Assembly (NCBI GenBank): GCA_031367385.1
Contig: JANLPS010000246.1
Span: 1 to 27,227, forward strand
Length of the DNA: 27,227 nucleotides
DNA from: Archangium sp.
GTDB taxonomy: Bacteria > Myxococcota > Myxococcia > Myxococcales > Myxococcaceae
Direction of reading: 5' to 3'
A program made the translations under genes and the position numbers. The first letter of the stretch is position 1, and every line of letters begins with the position of its first letter. The notes beneath the pieces are model-generated. The model searched no databases. It was not told where the DNA came from and saw only the letters and a list, made by a program, of their open reading frames with translations. Shown here piece by piece: positions 14,841-23,300 of this stretch.

Positions 14841-16865
14841 ATGACGTTCAGCCTGATTCTTGTCTTCACCCTCTCGCAGGCTCCTGCGGCCACCGCGGCT
14901 GCTCCCGCGCCTGCGCCTGCCGTGGCGGGGTCTGACGCCGACGTGCTCAAGAGAACCATCGCGGTCGAGTCGGCCAACGTCGAGAAGACGCCCGATGACA
15001 CCGATGCCTTGTACCGCTTGGGGTTCGCCTACCTGACGCTCGGAGAGGCGAAGAAAGCAATCAAGCCGCTCGAGCAGCTGGTGAAGAAAGACGCCGACTC
15101 AATCGACGCGAAGCTGCTGTTGGCGAGGGCGTACCGCAGCTCGGGTGACGCACAAAAAGCGAAGGAGCTGCTCGACAAAGCGATTCTCTCGCTGCCCGAC
15201 GAGTCGTCGCTGCGCTCGGAGCGCGCCCTGCTCGCCCGCAGCCTCGACGAGATCTCCGACGCCATCACGCACTACCAAAAGGCCGTCGAGCTCACGCCGT
15301 CGAACGCCGACCTGGTGTTCAACCTGGCCGAGGCGCAGCAGAAGAACGGGCAGCTCGACGCAGCCATCGCCGGGTATCGCAAGGCGATTGAGCTCGCTCC
15401 CGACCTGTCGAGCGCGCGGGTGAACTTGGGCAAGGCGTTGGCCGAGAAGGGCCGATTTGCCGAGGCCAAAGAGGTGTTGAGCGGCGTGACCAAGTCGACG
15501 CTGGCTGACTCCGAGGCGCACTACAACCTGGGCGTCATCTACATGCGGGAGAACGCGGTGAGCTCGGCGATCACCGAGTTCGAGCGCACGCTGGCCATCA
15601 ACCCCAAGCACACCCAGGCGCTGAACAACCTCGGCGTCGCGTGGGACGCGCGGGCAGAGCCCAAGAAGGCGCTCGAGTTTTTCAAGAAGGCCACCGCGGC
15701 CGACCCGACGTTCGCCGAGGCGTTCTTCAATCAGGGCATGAGCCTGATGAGCCTCAACAAGCCGGCCGAGGCGACGCAGGCGTTCGAGAAGGCGCTGAAG
15801 CTCGAGCCCGCCTCGTCGAGCCCGTACGTGCAGCTGGGCACGCTGTACTTGAAGCAGGGCAAGAAAGACCGCGCGCTCGAAGCGTTCAAGAAGGCGGTCG
15901 ACCTGCTCGATGCCGAAGAGAAAGACGCGTCGGGCTTTCTGCAGCTCAAGAAACGCTTTTCGGCCCAGCGGAGCAGCGATGCCTACCGCGGCCTCGCGCT
16001 CGCGTACCTGTCACAGGGCAAGGTCGATGACGCGGTGGCGACGCTCAAGCGGGCGGTCGAGAAGATGCCGAAAGACGCGGCGGCGCGGGTGGCGTTGGGC
16101 GAGGCCTACCTGGCGCAGAACAACGCAACCGGCGCGGTCGAGCAGCTGACCGAGCGCCTCAACTTGGAGCCCACCACCGAGGCCCGGCTCGACCTGGCGC
16201 GGGCCTACAGCAAGGCGCGCATCTCGAAGCAAGCCGAGCCGCTGTACAAGAAGGTGTTGGCCGACGAGCCCAACAATCGCACCGCCAAGATGGGCCTGGT
16301 CGATTTGTACACCTCGATGGGCCGTTACGCCGACGCCGAGACGATGCTCAAAGAGGCGATGGCTGCTGACGCGAATGACGCCCAGGCGCTGATGCGGTTC
16401 GGCCTGATGAAGTCGCGCATGCAGCGGCCGAACGAGGCGCTCGAGCCGCTCGAAAAAGCAGTGCAGCTGAACCCCTCGTTGACCGAGGCCCGAGCCGAGC
16501 TCGCGTTTCTGCTCTTTCGCGGAGACCAATCGAACGTCGACCGGTGCGTCGGCACGATGAGCGACATCTTGACCTCAGAGCCGCGACACGCGATCGCCCT
16601 CAACTATCTGGGCGTGTGCTTGTACGCGAAGGGCAACAAGCCGCGGGCGACCGAGGCGTTCAAGTCGTCGATTTCAATCGACCCGGGGTTTGCCACCGCG
16701 CACTACTCGCTGGCGCAGCTCTATGAGAACGACGGCAAGAAAGACGACGCCAAGAAGGAGTACGAAACGGCGTCGCAGCTCGGCATGACCGACGCGGCTG
16801 AGGCACTCAAGCGAATGGGGGCGCCTGCACCCGCGCCCGCACCTGGGGCTCCTAAACAACCATGA
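14841..16865 (+). CDS. Exported multi-TPR protein (674 aa)
   Basis: Short hydrophobic leader, Ala/Pro linker, then a long run of 34-aa TPR units (e.g. AHYNLGVIY, ALNNLGVAW, AFFNQGMSL). Confidence 0.9.
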   Translation: MTFSLILVFTLSQAPAATAAAPAPAPAVAGSDADVLKRTIAVESANVEKTPDDTDALYRLGFAYLTLGEAKKAIKPLEQLVKKDADSIDAKLLLARAYRSSGDAQKAKELLDKAILSLPDESSLRSERALLARSLDEISDAITHYQKAVELTPSNADLVFNLAEAQQKNGQLDAAIAGYRKAIELAPDLSSARVNLGKALAEKGRFAEAKEVLSGVTKSTLADSEAHYNLGVIYMRENAVSSAITEFERTLAINPKHTQALNNLGVAWDARAEPKKALEFFKKATAADPTFAEAFFNQGMSLMSLNKPAEATQAFEKALKLEPASSSPYVQLGTLYLKQGKKDRALEAFKKAVDLLDAEEKDASGFLQLKKRFSAQRSSDAYRGLALAYLSQGKVDDAVATLKRAVEKMPKDAAARVALGEAYLAQNNATGAVEQLTERLNLEPTTEARLDLARAYSKARISKQAEPLYKKVLADEPNNRTAKMGLVDLYTSMGRYADAETMLKEAMAADANDAQALMRFGLMKSRMQRPNEALEPLEKAVQLNPSLTEARAELAFLLFRGDQSNVDRCVGTMSDILTSEPRHAIALNYLGVCLYAKGNKPRATEAFKSSISIDPGFATAHYSLAQLYENDGKKDDAKKEYETASQLGMTDAAEALKRMGAPAPAPAPGAPKQP

Positions 16866-18040
16866 CGACTGCTGCCACTGGCGCTTCGCTCAAACCGAGC
16901 GCGGCGGAGGCTTCACGAACGGCCGTCGAAGAAGCGCTGAAGGGCCTCGGTGCTCCCGCGCGCCTGGGTTGGTTGTTCAGCTCGCCGACGCACGACCTGC
17001 AGGTGGTGATGCGAGTCGCCCGTGAGGCCGCGCCGGGCTGCGAGTTCTTCGCGGCTCATACGGCTGGCGAGTTCACCGAGCGGGGAGCGATGCGTGGAGG
17101 GGTGGTGGCCTTCTTGCTCGCGTCTGACTCGTTGATGTCGCACGCGGCGACGGCGACTGGGCTCTCGCTCGACCCCGAGGCGGCGACCGCGGCGCTCACG
17201 CAAGATTTCAACACCCTCGCCCAGAAGGCTTCGATGAAGGGCCTGGGTCTGTCGACCAGCGTGCTGCTGCTCGACGGGTTGACCGGTGTGGGTGAGCAAA
17301 TCGTTCAGGGGTTGCGCAATCGAACCCGGCTCTTTCAGCAAATCGTCGGTGGGGCCGCGGGTGACGACGGGCAGTTCAAGTCGACTCCGGTGGCCGGTGG
17401 GGCGATTGCCGGGCCAGACAGCGCGGTGGTGGCGCATGTCTTCGACAAGCGCGCTTGGGGCATCGGGGTCGACCATGGCCTCAAGCCCGCGAGCAAGCGC
17501 ATGACGGTGACCAAGGGGTCGGGCTCGGTCATTGCGAAGCTCGACAATCGCCCCGCGTTCGAGGTGTACCGGGAATACGCCAAGACCAAGGGCGTCGACT
17601 TGACCCCTTCGACGTCGGGCGGGTTCTTCATCGCGAATGAGCTGGGTGTGTACTTTCTCGACAACGTGCACCACGCGCGCGCGCCCGTCGGCGTTGGCGA
17701 GCATGGAGAAATTCATCTCATCGCCAGCATCACCGAGGGCGCTTCGGTGTGCATTCTCGACGGGCAGCCCGACTCGCTGATCGAGGCGTGCACTCGCGCG
17801 GCGCAACAGGCCCGCCAGAACGTCGGAGAAGGCCCGGTCGCCGGGGTGCTGGTGTTCGATTGCATTTGCCGCGGCATGATTTTGGGCCGCGATTTTCAAC
17901 GTGAAATCGACGCGGTGCGCGGCGTCTTTCCCGGGGTGCCGGTGGCTGGGTTTCTCACCTATGGCGAAATCGCCCGGTTTCGCGGGCGGAACGAAGGGTG
18001 GCACAACGCGACGAGCGTCGTGCTGGCGATACCTGCGTAG
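16862..18040 (+). CDS. Stand-alone FIST N/FIST C (NosP-like) signal-sensing protein (392 aa)
   Basis: ATGA overlap. TAGEF, GGAAGDD, LDNRPA, DCICRG, GFLTYGEI and HNAT motifs of FIST domains. Confidence 0.9.
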   Translation: MTTAATGASLKPSAAEASRTAVEEALKGLGAPARLGWLFSSPTHDLQVVMRVAREAAPGCEFFAAHTAGEFTERGAMRGGVVAFLLASDSLMSHAATATGLSLDPEAATAALTQDFNTLAQKASMKGLGLSTSVLLLDGLTGVGEQIVQGLRNRTRLFQQIVGGAAGDDGQFKSTPVAGGAIAGPDSAVVAHVFDKRAWGIGVDHGLKPASKRMTVTKGSGSVIAKLDNRPAFEVYREYAKTKGVDLTPSTSGGFFIANELGVYFLDNVHHARAPVGVGEHGEIHLIASITEGASVCILDGQPDSLIEACTRAAQQARQNVGEGPVAGVLVFDCICRGMILGRDFQREIDAVRGVFPGVPVAGFLTYGEIARFRGRNEGWHNATSVVLAIPA

Positions 18041-18050
18041 GGGTTGGGCA

Positions 18051-18479
18051 CTATGCGTGGCACTGCTTGAACTTGCGCCCGCTGCCACACGGGCAAGGCG
18101 CGTTGCGTTCGACCTTCTCGCGCTTCACGTCATTCTCGCCGCTCGCGTAGAGCCACGTGCCATCGCGCTGAACGAACTGTGACACCTCGTGCATCACCCT
18201 CACCGCTCCGCCCTCGAGGCAGCGCGCGGTGAACTCGACCATCGCCCCTTCTGCGCGCAGCACCTGAAGGCCGAGCCACACCACCGACTTCGCCCAGGTC
18301 TCGACGTCATCGCCCATCGAGACCAGGCTGGTCGCGCGAAGGTATGGCCCGTTCGCCAGAACGAACGCGGCATACCGCGAGCGCATCAAGGCCTCAGGGG
18401 TCTGCGCGGGGTGCGACCCATCGTGCCGGGGGCCGCAACACTCAGCGAGCAACGCCCCACTGCAGCAGGGGCACTTCAC
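18051..18479 (-). CDS. ychJ: YchJ-family SEC-C motif protein (142 aa)
   Basis: Start reassigned to GTG 18479 (GTGA overlap with the ndh stop). CPCCSG...CC, TPEALMRSRYAAF, HEVSQF...WLY and C-terminal RNAPCPCGSGRKFKQCH. Confidence 0.9.
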   Translation of the reverse strand: MKCPCCSGALLAECCGPRHDGSHPAQTPEALMRSRYAAFVLANGPYLRATSLVSMGDDVETWAKSVVWLGLQVLRAEGAMVEFTARCLEGGAVRVMHEVSQFVQRDGTWLYASGENDVKREKVERNAPCPCGSGRKFKQCHA

Positions 18480-19750
18480 GGAGGAGCGCCCCTGGGCAAC
18501 CTGGGCGGCGGCGAGGTGCCGGTGATCAACCGAGCGCTTCGGCCGAAGGTTAGCCACGCCCAGGTCCACTGAATGAGCACCAGCAGCCGGTTGCGAAAGC
18601 CGATCAAATACAGAATGTGAATGAACAGCCACGCCAGCCAGCCGATGAAGCCCCACAGCTTGAGCTTGCCGGTCTGCGCGATACCCGAGGCACGACCCAC
18701 CGTCGCCATCACGCCCTTGTCGAAATATTTGAACGGCTTGCGCGGCCTGCCCCTCAACGTGTCGAGAATCACGTGCGCCACGTGTTTGCCCTGCTGAATC
18801 GCCACTGGCGCCAAGCCAGGCAGCACGGTGCCGTCGGGCTCGGTGAACGAGGCCAGGTCGCCGATGACGTACGCCTCGGGGTGGCCTGGTATCGACAGGT
18901 CGCTCTGCACGATGACCCGGCCCGCGCGGTCGAGGGGCACTCCCAACGTCTTCGCCAGCGGAGACGCCGCCACCCCGGCCGCCCACAGCACCGTTCTCGC
19001 CGGCACGAAGGCCTCGCCGACCGAGACCCCACCCGCCGTGATGTCAGTCACCCGCGTCTGCAAGCGCAGCTCGACCTTGAGCTTCTCGAGGGTCTTCACC
19101 GCCTTGTCGGCGAGATCTGGCTCGAAGGTCGCGAGCACCCGGGGCCCGGCCTCGATCAAAATCACCTTCGCCGAGCGCGGGTCGAACGAGCGAAAATCAC
19201 GGGCCACGGTGAAGCGGGCGAGCTCGGCGATGGCTCCAGCGAGCTCGACGCCAGTGGGGCCCGCGCCGACGATGATGAAGGTGAGCCAGGCGTCTCGCTT
19301 GGCCGGGTCTTCTTCACGCTCGGCCGCTTCGAACGCGCTGAGCACCCGCCGGCGAATCTCGAGCGCGTCGTCGAGGGTCTTGAGGCCCGGGGCATAGGCC
19401 TCCCACGCGTCGTGGCCGAAGTACGAATGGCTCACCCCTGCCGCCAGCACCAGCGCGTCGTAGCCGATGACTCCGTCGCCGACGGTGAGCTTCTTGGCCG
19501 CGAGGTCGATGGCCTTCACCTCGCCCATGCGCACATTCACGTTCAGCTTTTTCGCGACGAGCGAGCGAATCGGTGACGCGATGTCGCCCGCAGAGAGCCC
19601 CGCGGTCGCCACCTGGTACAGCAGCGGCTGAAACAGGTGGTAGTTCTGCTTGTCGACGATGGTCACCTGCACGTCTTCAGCTTTGGCCAGGTGGCGCGCG
19701 GCGTAGATGCCTCCGAAGCCGCCCCCGACGACGACGATGTGGTGGGTCAT
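18476..19750 (-). CDS. ndh: Type II NADH:quinone oxidoreductase (NDH-2)
   Basis: GGGFGG, YHLFQPLLYQVATAGL, GAGPTGVELAG, WAAGV, IGD, APVAIQQG, YFDKG.MATVGR and amphipathic C-terminal helices. Confidence 0.93.
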   Translation of the reverse strand: MTHHIVVVGGGFGGIYAARHLAKAEDVQVTIVDKQNYHLFQPLLYQVATAGLSAGDIASPIRSLVAKKLNVNVRMGEVKAIDLAAKKLTVGDGVIGYDALVLAAGVSHSYFGHDAWEAYAPGLKTLDDALEIRRRVLSAFEAAEREEDPAKRDAWLTFIIVGAGPTGVELAGAIAELARFTVARDFRSFDPRSAKVILIEAGPRVLATFEPDLADKAVKTLEKLKVELRLQTRVTDITAGGVSVGEAFVPARTVLWAAGVAASPLAKTLGVPLDRAGRVIVQSDLSIPGHPEAYVIGDLASFTEPDGTVLPGLAPVAIQQGKHVAHVILDTLRGRPRKPFKYFDKGVMATVGRASGIAQTGKLKLWGFIGWLAWLFIHILYLIGFRNRLLVLIQWTWAWLTFGRSARLITGTSPPPRLPRGAPP

Positions 19751-19831
19751 GCAGTGTTCATAATGAAGTCGGCTCCTAAAATCAGCTGAACTGCTCGAAC
19801 AAAAACAGGGGCACCCGAGGTAGAAACGCTG

Positions 19832-20368
19832 ATGGCCGATCGCGTGGTGTTCAGCCCGACCTTCGAGGCCCTGGTGCGCGCGCTGGGCCCGGCGCTGAAC
19901 GACCCCGGCAAGGCGCGCTTCAAGGCCGCCGGAGTCGACTTCGATGCCCGGCTCGTCGCCGCCTACCCGCTCGAGACCTGGCTCGCGTCAATGGAGGTCG
20001 GAGCCGAGCTGCTCTTGCCCGACGGTACTCGCGAGAAGCAGTTCTTCAACCTGGGCCACCGCATCGTCGCGAGCTTCGGAGAGACGATGATCGGCCGTGC
20101 CCTGGTCGCCCTGATGCGGGTGATCGGCCCCCGGCGCGCGCTCGAGCGAATGACGCGAAACCTGCGGGCCGCCAACAACTTCACCGAGACCTCAGTCAGG
20201 TCGATTGATGACCATCACACCGAAGTGACCTGCAGCCCGGTGTTCTCGCCCGATTTCTTTCGCGGGCTCTTCACTGGCTCAGTCGAGATCTCTGGCGGCC
20301 TCGAGGTGAAGGTCGACACGGTCTCGATCAAAGACGGCACCGGCGTGTTCTCGGTGCAGTGGAAGTAG
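19832..20368 (+). CDS. DUF2378 / Myxococcales-restricted protein (TIGR02265-like)
   Basis: F...FEAL, GVD, AYPLETW, LG...F..T..GRAL..L.R..GP.R.LER....R..NNF motif pattern. Confidence 0.85.
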   Translation: MADRVVFSPTFEALVRALGPALNDPGKARFKAAGVDFDARLVAAYPLETWLASMEVGAELLLPDGTREKQFFNLGHRIVASFGETMIGRALVALMRVIGPRRALERMTRNLRAANNFTETSVRSIDDHHTEVTCSPVFSPDFFRGLFTGSVEISGGLEVKVDTVSIKDGTGVFSVQWK

Positions 20369-20372
20369 GGCT

Positions 20373-20389
20373 CGGCGTGACCCGCGCCG
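20373..20389. terminator. Weak hairpin between convergent genes
   Basis: CGGCGT-GACCC-GCGCCG stem-loop in the 32-nt gap. No clear adjacent U-tract. Confidence 0.25.
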
Positions 20390-20400
20390 CATACCACTTT

Positions 20401-20859
20401 CTAGTCGCCCAATCGCAGTGTGAAGTTGCCGGGCGGGGGCATCGCGCTCTTCGCGCTCACGACGAAGGTGTAGTCGGTGCCGTTGCGCACATCGAAATAC
20501 AACGCCGGCTTGAGTGAGCCGATGGTTTCGCCGCCGCACGCGAGCGCTCCGACGCAGGTGCCAGCGCGGAAGATGGCGAGCACCAGGTCGTCGGTCGAGC
20601 CGGTGTTGGTGAGCGCGAACTTGAACGAGCTGCTGCCGTCTTTGTCTGCCACCCAATTGAACGCCACGCTGGGCCGTGGGTCGCTCGACGACGCGCACCC
20701 GAGCACCTGGGTGTACCCCTTCGAGAAGGAGAAGGTCTGGGTGATGGTGTGGGTGCCCTGCCAGAAGTCGTCAATGCGCGTCGGGTTCGAGCACGCGGTC
20801 ACGTTGCTGCCCACGGCGCCGCAGCCGGTGAGCGCGAGCAAAAAGGCGAATCGAATCAT
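20401..20859 (-). CDS. Small lipoprotein, PPC-like beta-sandwich, unknown function (152 aa)
   Basis: Lipobox LTGC. Four further Cys. D.VL.I...C...LAC and GT.Y..VV....G.FTL motifs. Starts 1 nt after the cydB stop. Confidence 0.8.
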   Translation of the reverse strand: MIRFAFLLALTGCGAVGSNVTACSNPTRIDDFWQGTHTITQTFSFSKGYTQVLGCASSSDPRPSVAFNWVADKDGSSSFKFALTNTGSTDDLVLAIFRAGTCVGALACGGETIGSLKPALYFDVRNGTDYTFVVSAKSAMPPPGNFTLRLGD

Positions 20860-20860
20860 G

Positions 20861-21895
20861 TCAGTACCCTTCTCCGTCTTTGGCTGCGACGACCTTGCCC
20901 CGAAAATGCTTCAGCACCCAGACGAAGTACCCCAGTGCGAGCAAGAACCCGGGGAACCACCAGATGAGCCCGCTCTGCATAGCGATTGACCCGCTCGAGG
21001 CGTTGGCTACCGTCAAGTCGAACTCGGGTGACACCCGAGAGCGGAGCAGCACCGGGTACAGGCACGCCACGGTCGAGACCAGCAGCCCGACGATGAAGCC
21101 GCTCGAGCCGATGAACGCGAGCAGCTCACGTTTCTGCAATTGCGCGAAGAGCAGCGAGCCCAGGCCCGCCACGAGAATGGCGATGCCGACCCAGGCCAGG
21201 GGTCGATGCGGGAGCGCCGCGAAGATCTCCGGCGAGGTCTGGGCGGTGGCCCAGGTGCACACCACCCACGTCGCGATGGTCGCAGCCCAGAGCTTCGGGG
21301 CCCACTTCGCCGCCCGCGCGTTCACTTCGCCGCTCGTCTTCCACCGAAGGTAGTTGGCGCCATGGGCGGTCAAGGTGAGCACCACGAAGAGCCCGACCAG
21401 CAGCGTGTAGCCGTCAATCGCCCCGCCCTCGTCGAGGCCGAACAAGCCCTGCTCGAAGAGCCCATCGGCCTGCAGGGGTACTCCGCGGAGCACGTTGCCG
21501 AGCGCGATGCCGATGAGCAGCGCGAACCCCGCTGAGGCCACTTGAAACAGCACGTCGAAGAACGCGCGCCACAACGCATTGCCGACGTGGCTGCGCAGCT
21601 CGATGCCGACGCCGCGCAACATCAGGCACCAGAGCGCGAAGAACACCGGCAGATACAAGCCCGACAACCCCGCCGCCACCAGCTTGGGAAAAGCGAGAAA
21701 CATCGAGCCCGCGGCCGCGAGGAGCCAGACCTCGTTGCCGTCCCACACCGGGCCGATGGCGGCCAGCACTTCTCGGCGCTCGGCGTCGGTGCGAGCGATG
21801 AAGCGGTGGAGCACGCCTGCTCCGAAGTCGAAGCCGTCGAGCACCGCCCAACCCGTCACCAGCACCGCGGTGAGCCAGAACCAGAGCTCAGCCAT
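20861..21895 (-). CDS. cydB: Cytochrome bd ubiquinol oxidase subunit II (344 aa)
   Basis: Start reassigned to ATG 21895 (overlaps the cydA stop). LDGFDFGAG, IGPVWDGNEVWL, LRGVGIELR, GN..RGVP motifs. Confidence 0.95.
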   Translation of the reverse strand: MAELWFWLTAVLVTGWAVLDGFDFGAGVLHRFIARTDAERREVLAAIGPVWDGNEVWLLAAAGSMFLAFPKLVAAGLSGLYLPVFFALWCLMLRGVGIELRSHVGNALWRAFFDVLFQVASAGFALLIGIALGNVLRGVPLQADGLFEQGLFGLDEGGAIDGYTLLVGLFVVLTLTAHGANYLRWKTSGEVNARAAKWAPKLWAATIATWVVCTWATAQTSPEIFAALPHRPLAWVGIAILVAGLGSLLFAQLQKRELLAFIGSSGFIVGLLVSTVACLYPVLLRSRVSPEFDLTVANASSGSIAMQSGLIWWFPGFLLALGYFVWVLKHFRGKVVAAKDGEGY

Positions 21896-23234
21896 GCGCC
21901 ACCTCCGCGCCGTGCCCCGCGTCGGGGCCATGCAGCACCTCGCGGCCAATCAACGCCAGAAAGGTGATGCCGAGCACCAGATACAGCCCGGTGAACCCAA
22001 TCAAGGTGAACGCGGTCGAGCCCGCGTGCACGGTGGGGCTGGCGCCGTTCGCGGTGCGCAGCAGCCCGTAAATGAGCCATGGCTGCCGGCCGAGCTCGGC
22101 GCTCATCCACCCCGCGGTGTTCGCGATGTAGGGGAAAGGGGCGGCCAGCATCAGGGCCCAGAGCACCGGCCGGGTGCGAGTGAGCGCGCCCCGAAGTCGC
22201 AGCAGGTTCGCGACCGCCATCAGCCCGATGAAGAGCGTGCCGAGGCCGACCATCACGTGAAACGCGTAGTAGAGCAGCTCGATGTTGGTGGGCCACTGGT
22301 CTTCGGGAAAATCGGCGAGCCCCTGCACGTCGGCGTGAAAGCTGCCGAAGGCCAAGAACGACAACGCCAGCGGCACCGAGATGGGGTTGTCGAGCCTGCG
22401 AGCCGGCAAGTTGGGTTGACCGATGAGATGAATCGCGGCGCTGGGCCCCGATTCGAAGCGGCCCTCCATCGCGGCGAGCGAGGCGGGCTGGTAGCGCGCG
22501 ACCAACTTCGCCTGGTGATCTCCCGTGGGAAAAGCGACGGCCAGCGCTGCGGCGAGCCCAGCGATGGTGCCGATTTTCAAGTTGAGCGCCGCGCTCTCGG
22601 TGTGCACGTTTTGCAACGTCCAGAACGCTCCGACCGCGGTCACCACGAAGGCCGCGGTCACCACCGAGGCGACCATGGTGTGCGCGTATTGCGCCAGCCC
22701 CCACGGGTTGAACAAATAGGTCGCGAGCTCCGCCAACTGGAGCGACCCATCGGCCGACTGCGAGTACCCCACCGGGTGCTGCATGAACGCGTTGGTGGTG
22801 GTGATGAAGAACCCCGAGAGCCAGCTGCCGATGAACAACGCGACCGCCGCGCCGAAGTGCTTTCGCGGGCCCAGCCGCTTCTCACCCCACACCAACATCG
22901 CCAAGAACGACGACTCGAGAAAAAACGCGAATAACCCTTCGAGCGCCAGGGTCTGGCCGATGACGCCGCCAGCGAGCGCAGAGAAACGCGCCCAGTTGGT
23001 GCCGAACTGAAACTCCATCGGTATGCCGGTGACCACGCCGATGCCGAAGTTGAGGCCGAAGATGCGAACCCAAAAGCGTGAGAGCGGGGCCCACTTCTCG
23101 CCGCCCGGTCGCAGCGCCAGCGCCTTCATCACCACGATCAACAGCGCCAGCCCCATCGTCAGCTGGGGAAACAGGTAGTGGTACACGATGGTGAACGCGA
23201 ATTGAAACCGATGCCAGACCAGTGGGTCGCCCAC
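21888..23234 (-). CDS. cydA: Cytochrome bd ubiquinol oxidase subunit I, short Q-loop (448 aa)
   Basis: GTG start with AGGAGG RBS. RFQFAFTIVYHYLF, GVVTGIPMEFQFGTNW, EGLFAFFLES, NAFMQHPVG, FHVMVG and ELGRQPW motifs. Confidence 0.96.
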   Translation of the reverse strand: MGDPLVWHRFQFAFTIVYHYLFPQLTMGLALLIVVMKALALRPGGEKWAPLSRFWVRIFGLNFGIGVVTGIPMEFQFGTNWARFSALAGGVIGQTLALEGLFAFFLESSFLAMLVWGEKRLGPRKHFGAAVALFIGSWLSGFFITTTNAFMQHPVGYSQSADGSLQLAELATYLFNPWGLAQYAHTMVASVVTAAFVVTAVGAFWTLQNVHTESAALNLKIGTIAGLAAALAVAFPTGDHQAKLVARYQPASLAAMEGRFESGPSAAIHLIGQPNLPARRLDNPISVPLALSFLAFGSFHADVQGLADFPEDQWPTNIELLYYAFHVMVGLGTLFIGLMAVANLLRLRGALTRTRPVLWALMLAAPFPYIANTAGWMSAELGRQPWLIYGLLRTANGASPTVHAGSTAFTLIGFTGLYLVLGITFLALIGREVLHGPDAGHGAEVAHG

Positions 23235-23300
23235 GTGCTCGCCCTCCTGTAAATGACTCAGGCTTATGTACAGCTCGGCTTGCAGAAAAGAACTTTATTC

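Noticed and set aside
5263..16865. Assigning canonical gene names (gltC, gltD, gltF, gltG or nfs) to the operon
   Set aside because: Gene order and content differ from the gliding and Nfs clusters. Orthology cannot be established without phylogeny.
19757..19767. Palindrome upstream of ndh as a Rex or FNR box
   Set aside because: It matches neither TTGTGAA-N4-TTCACAA nor TTGAT-N4-ATCAA. Kept only as an unassigned palindrome.
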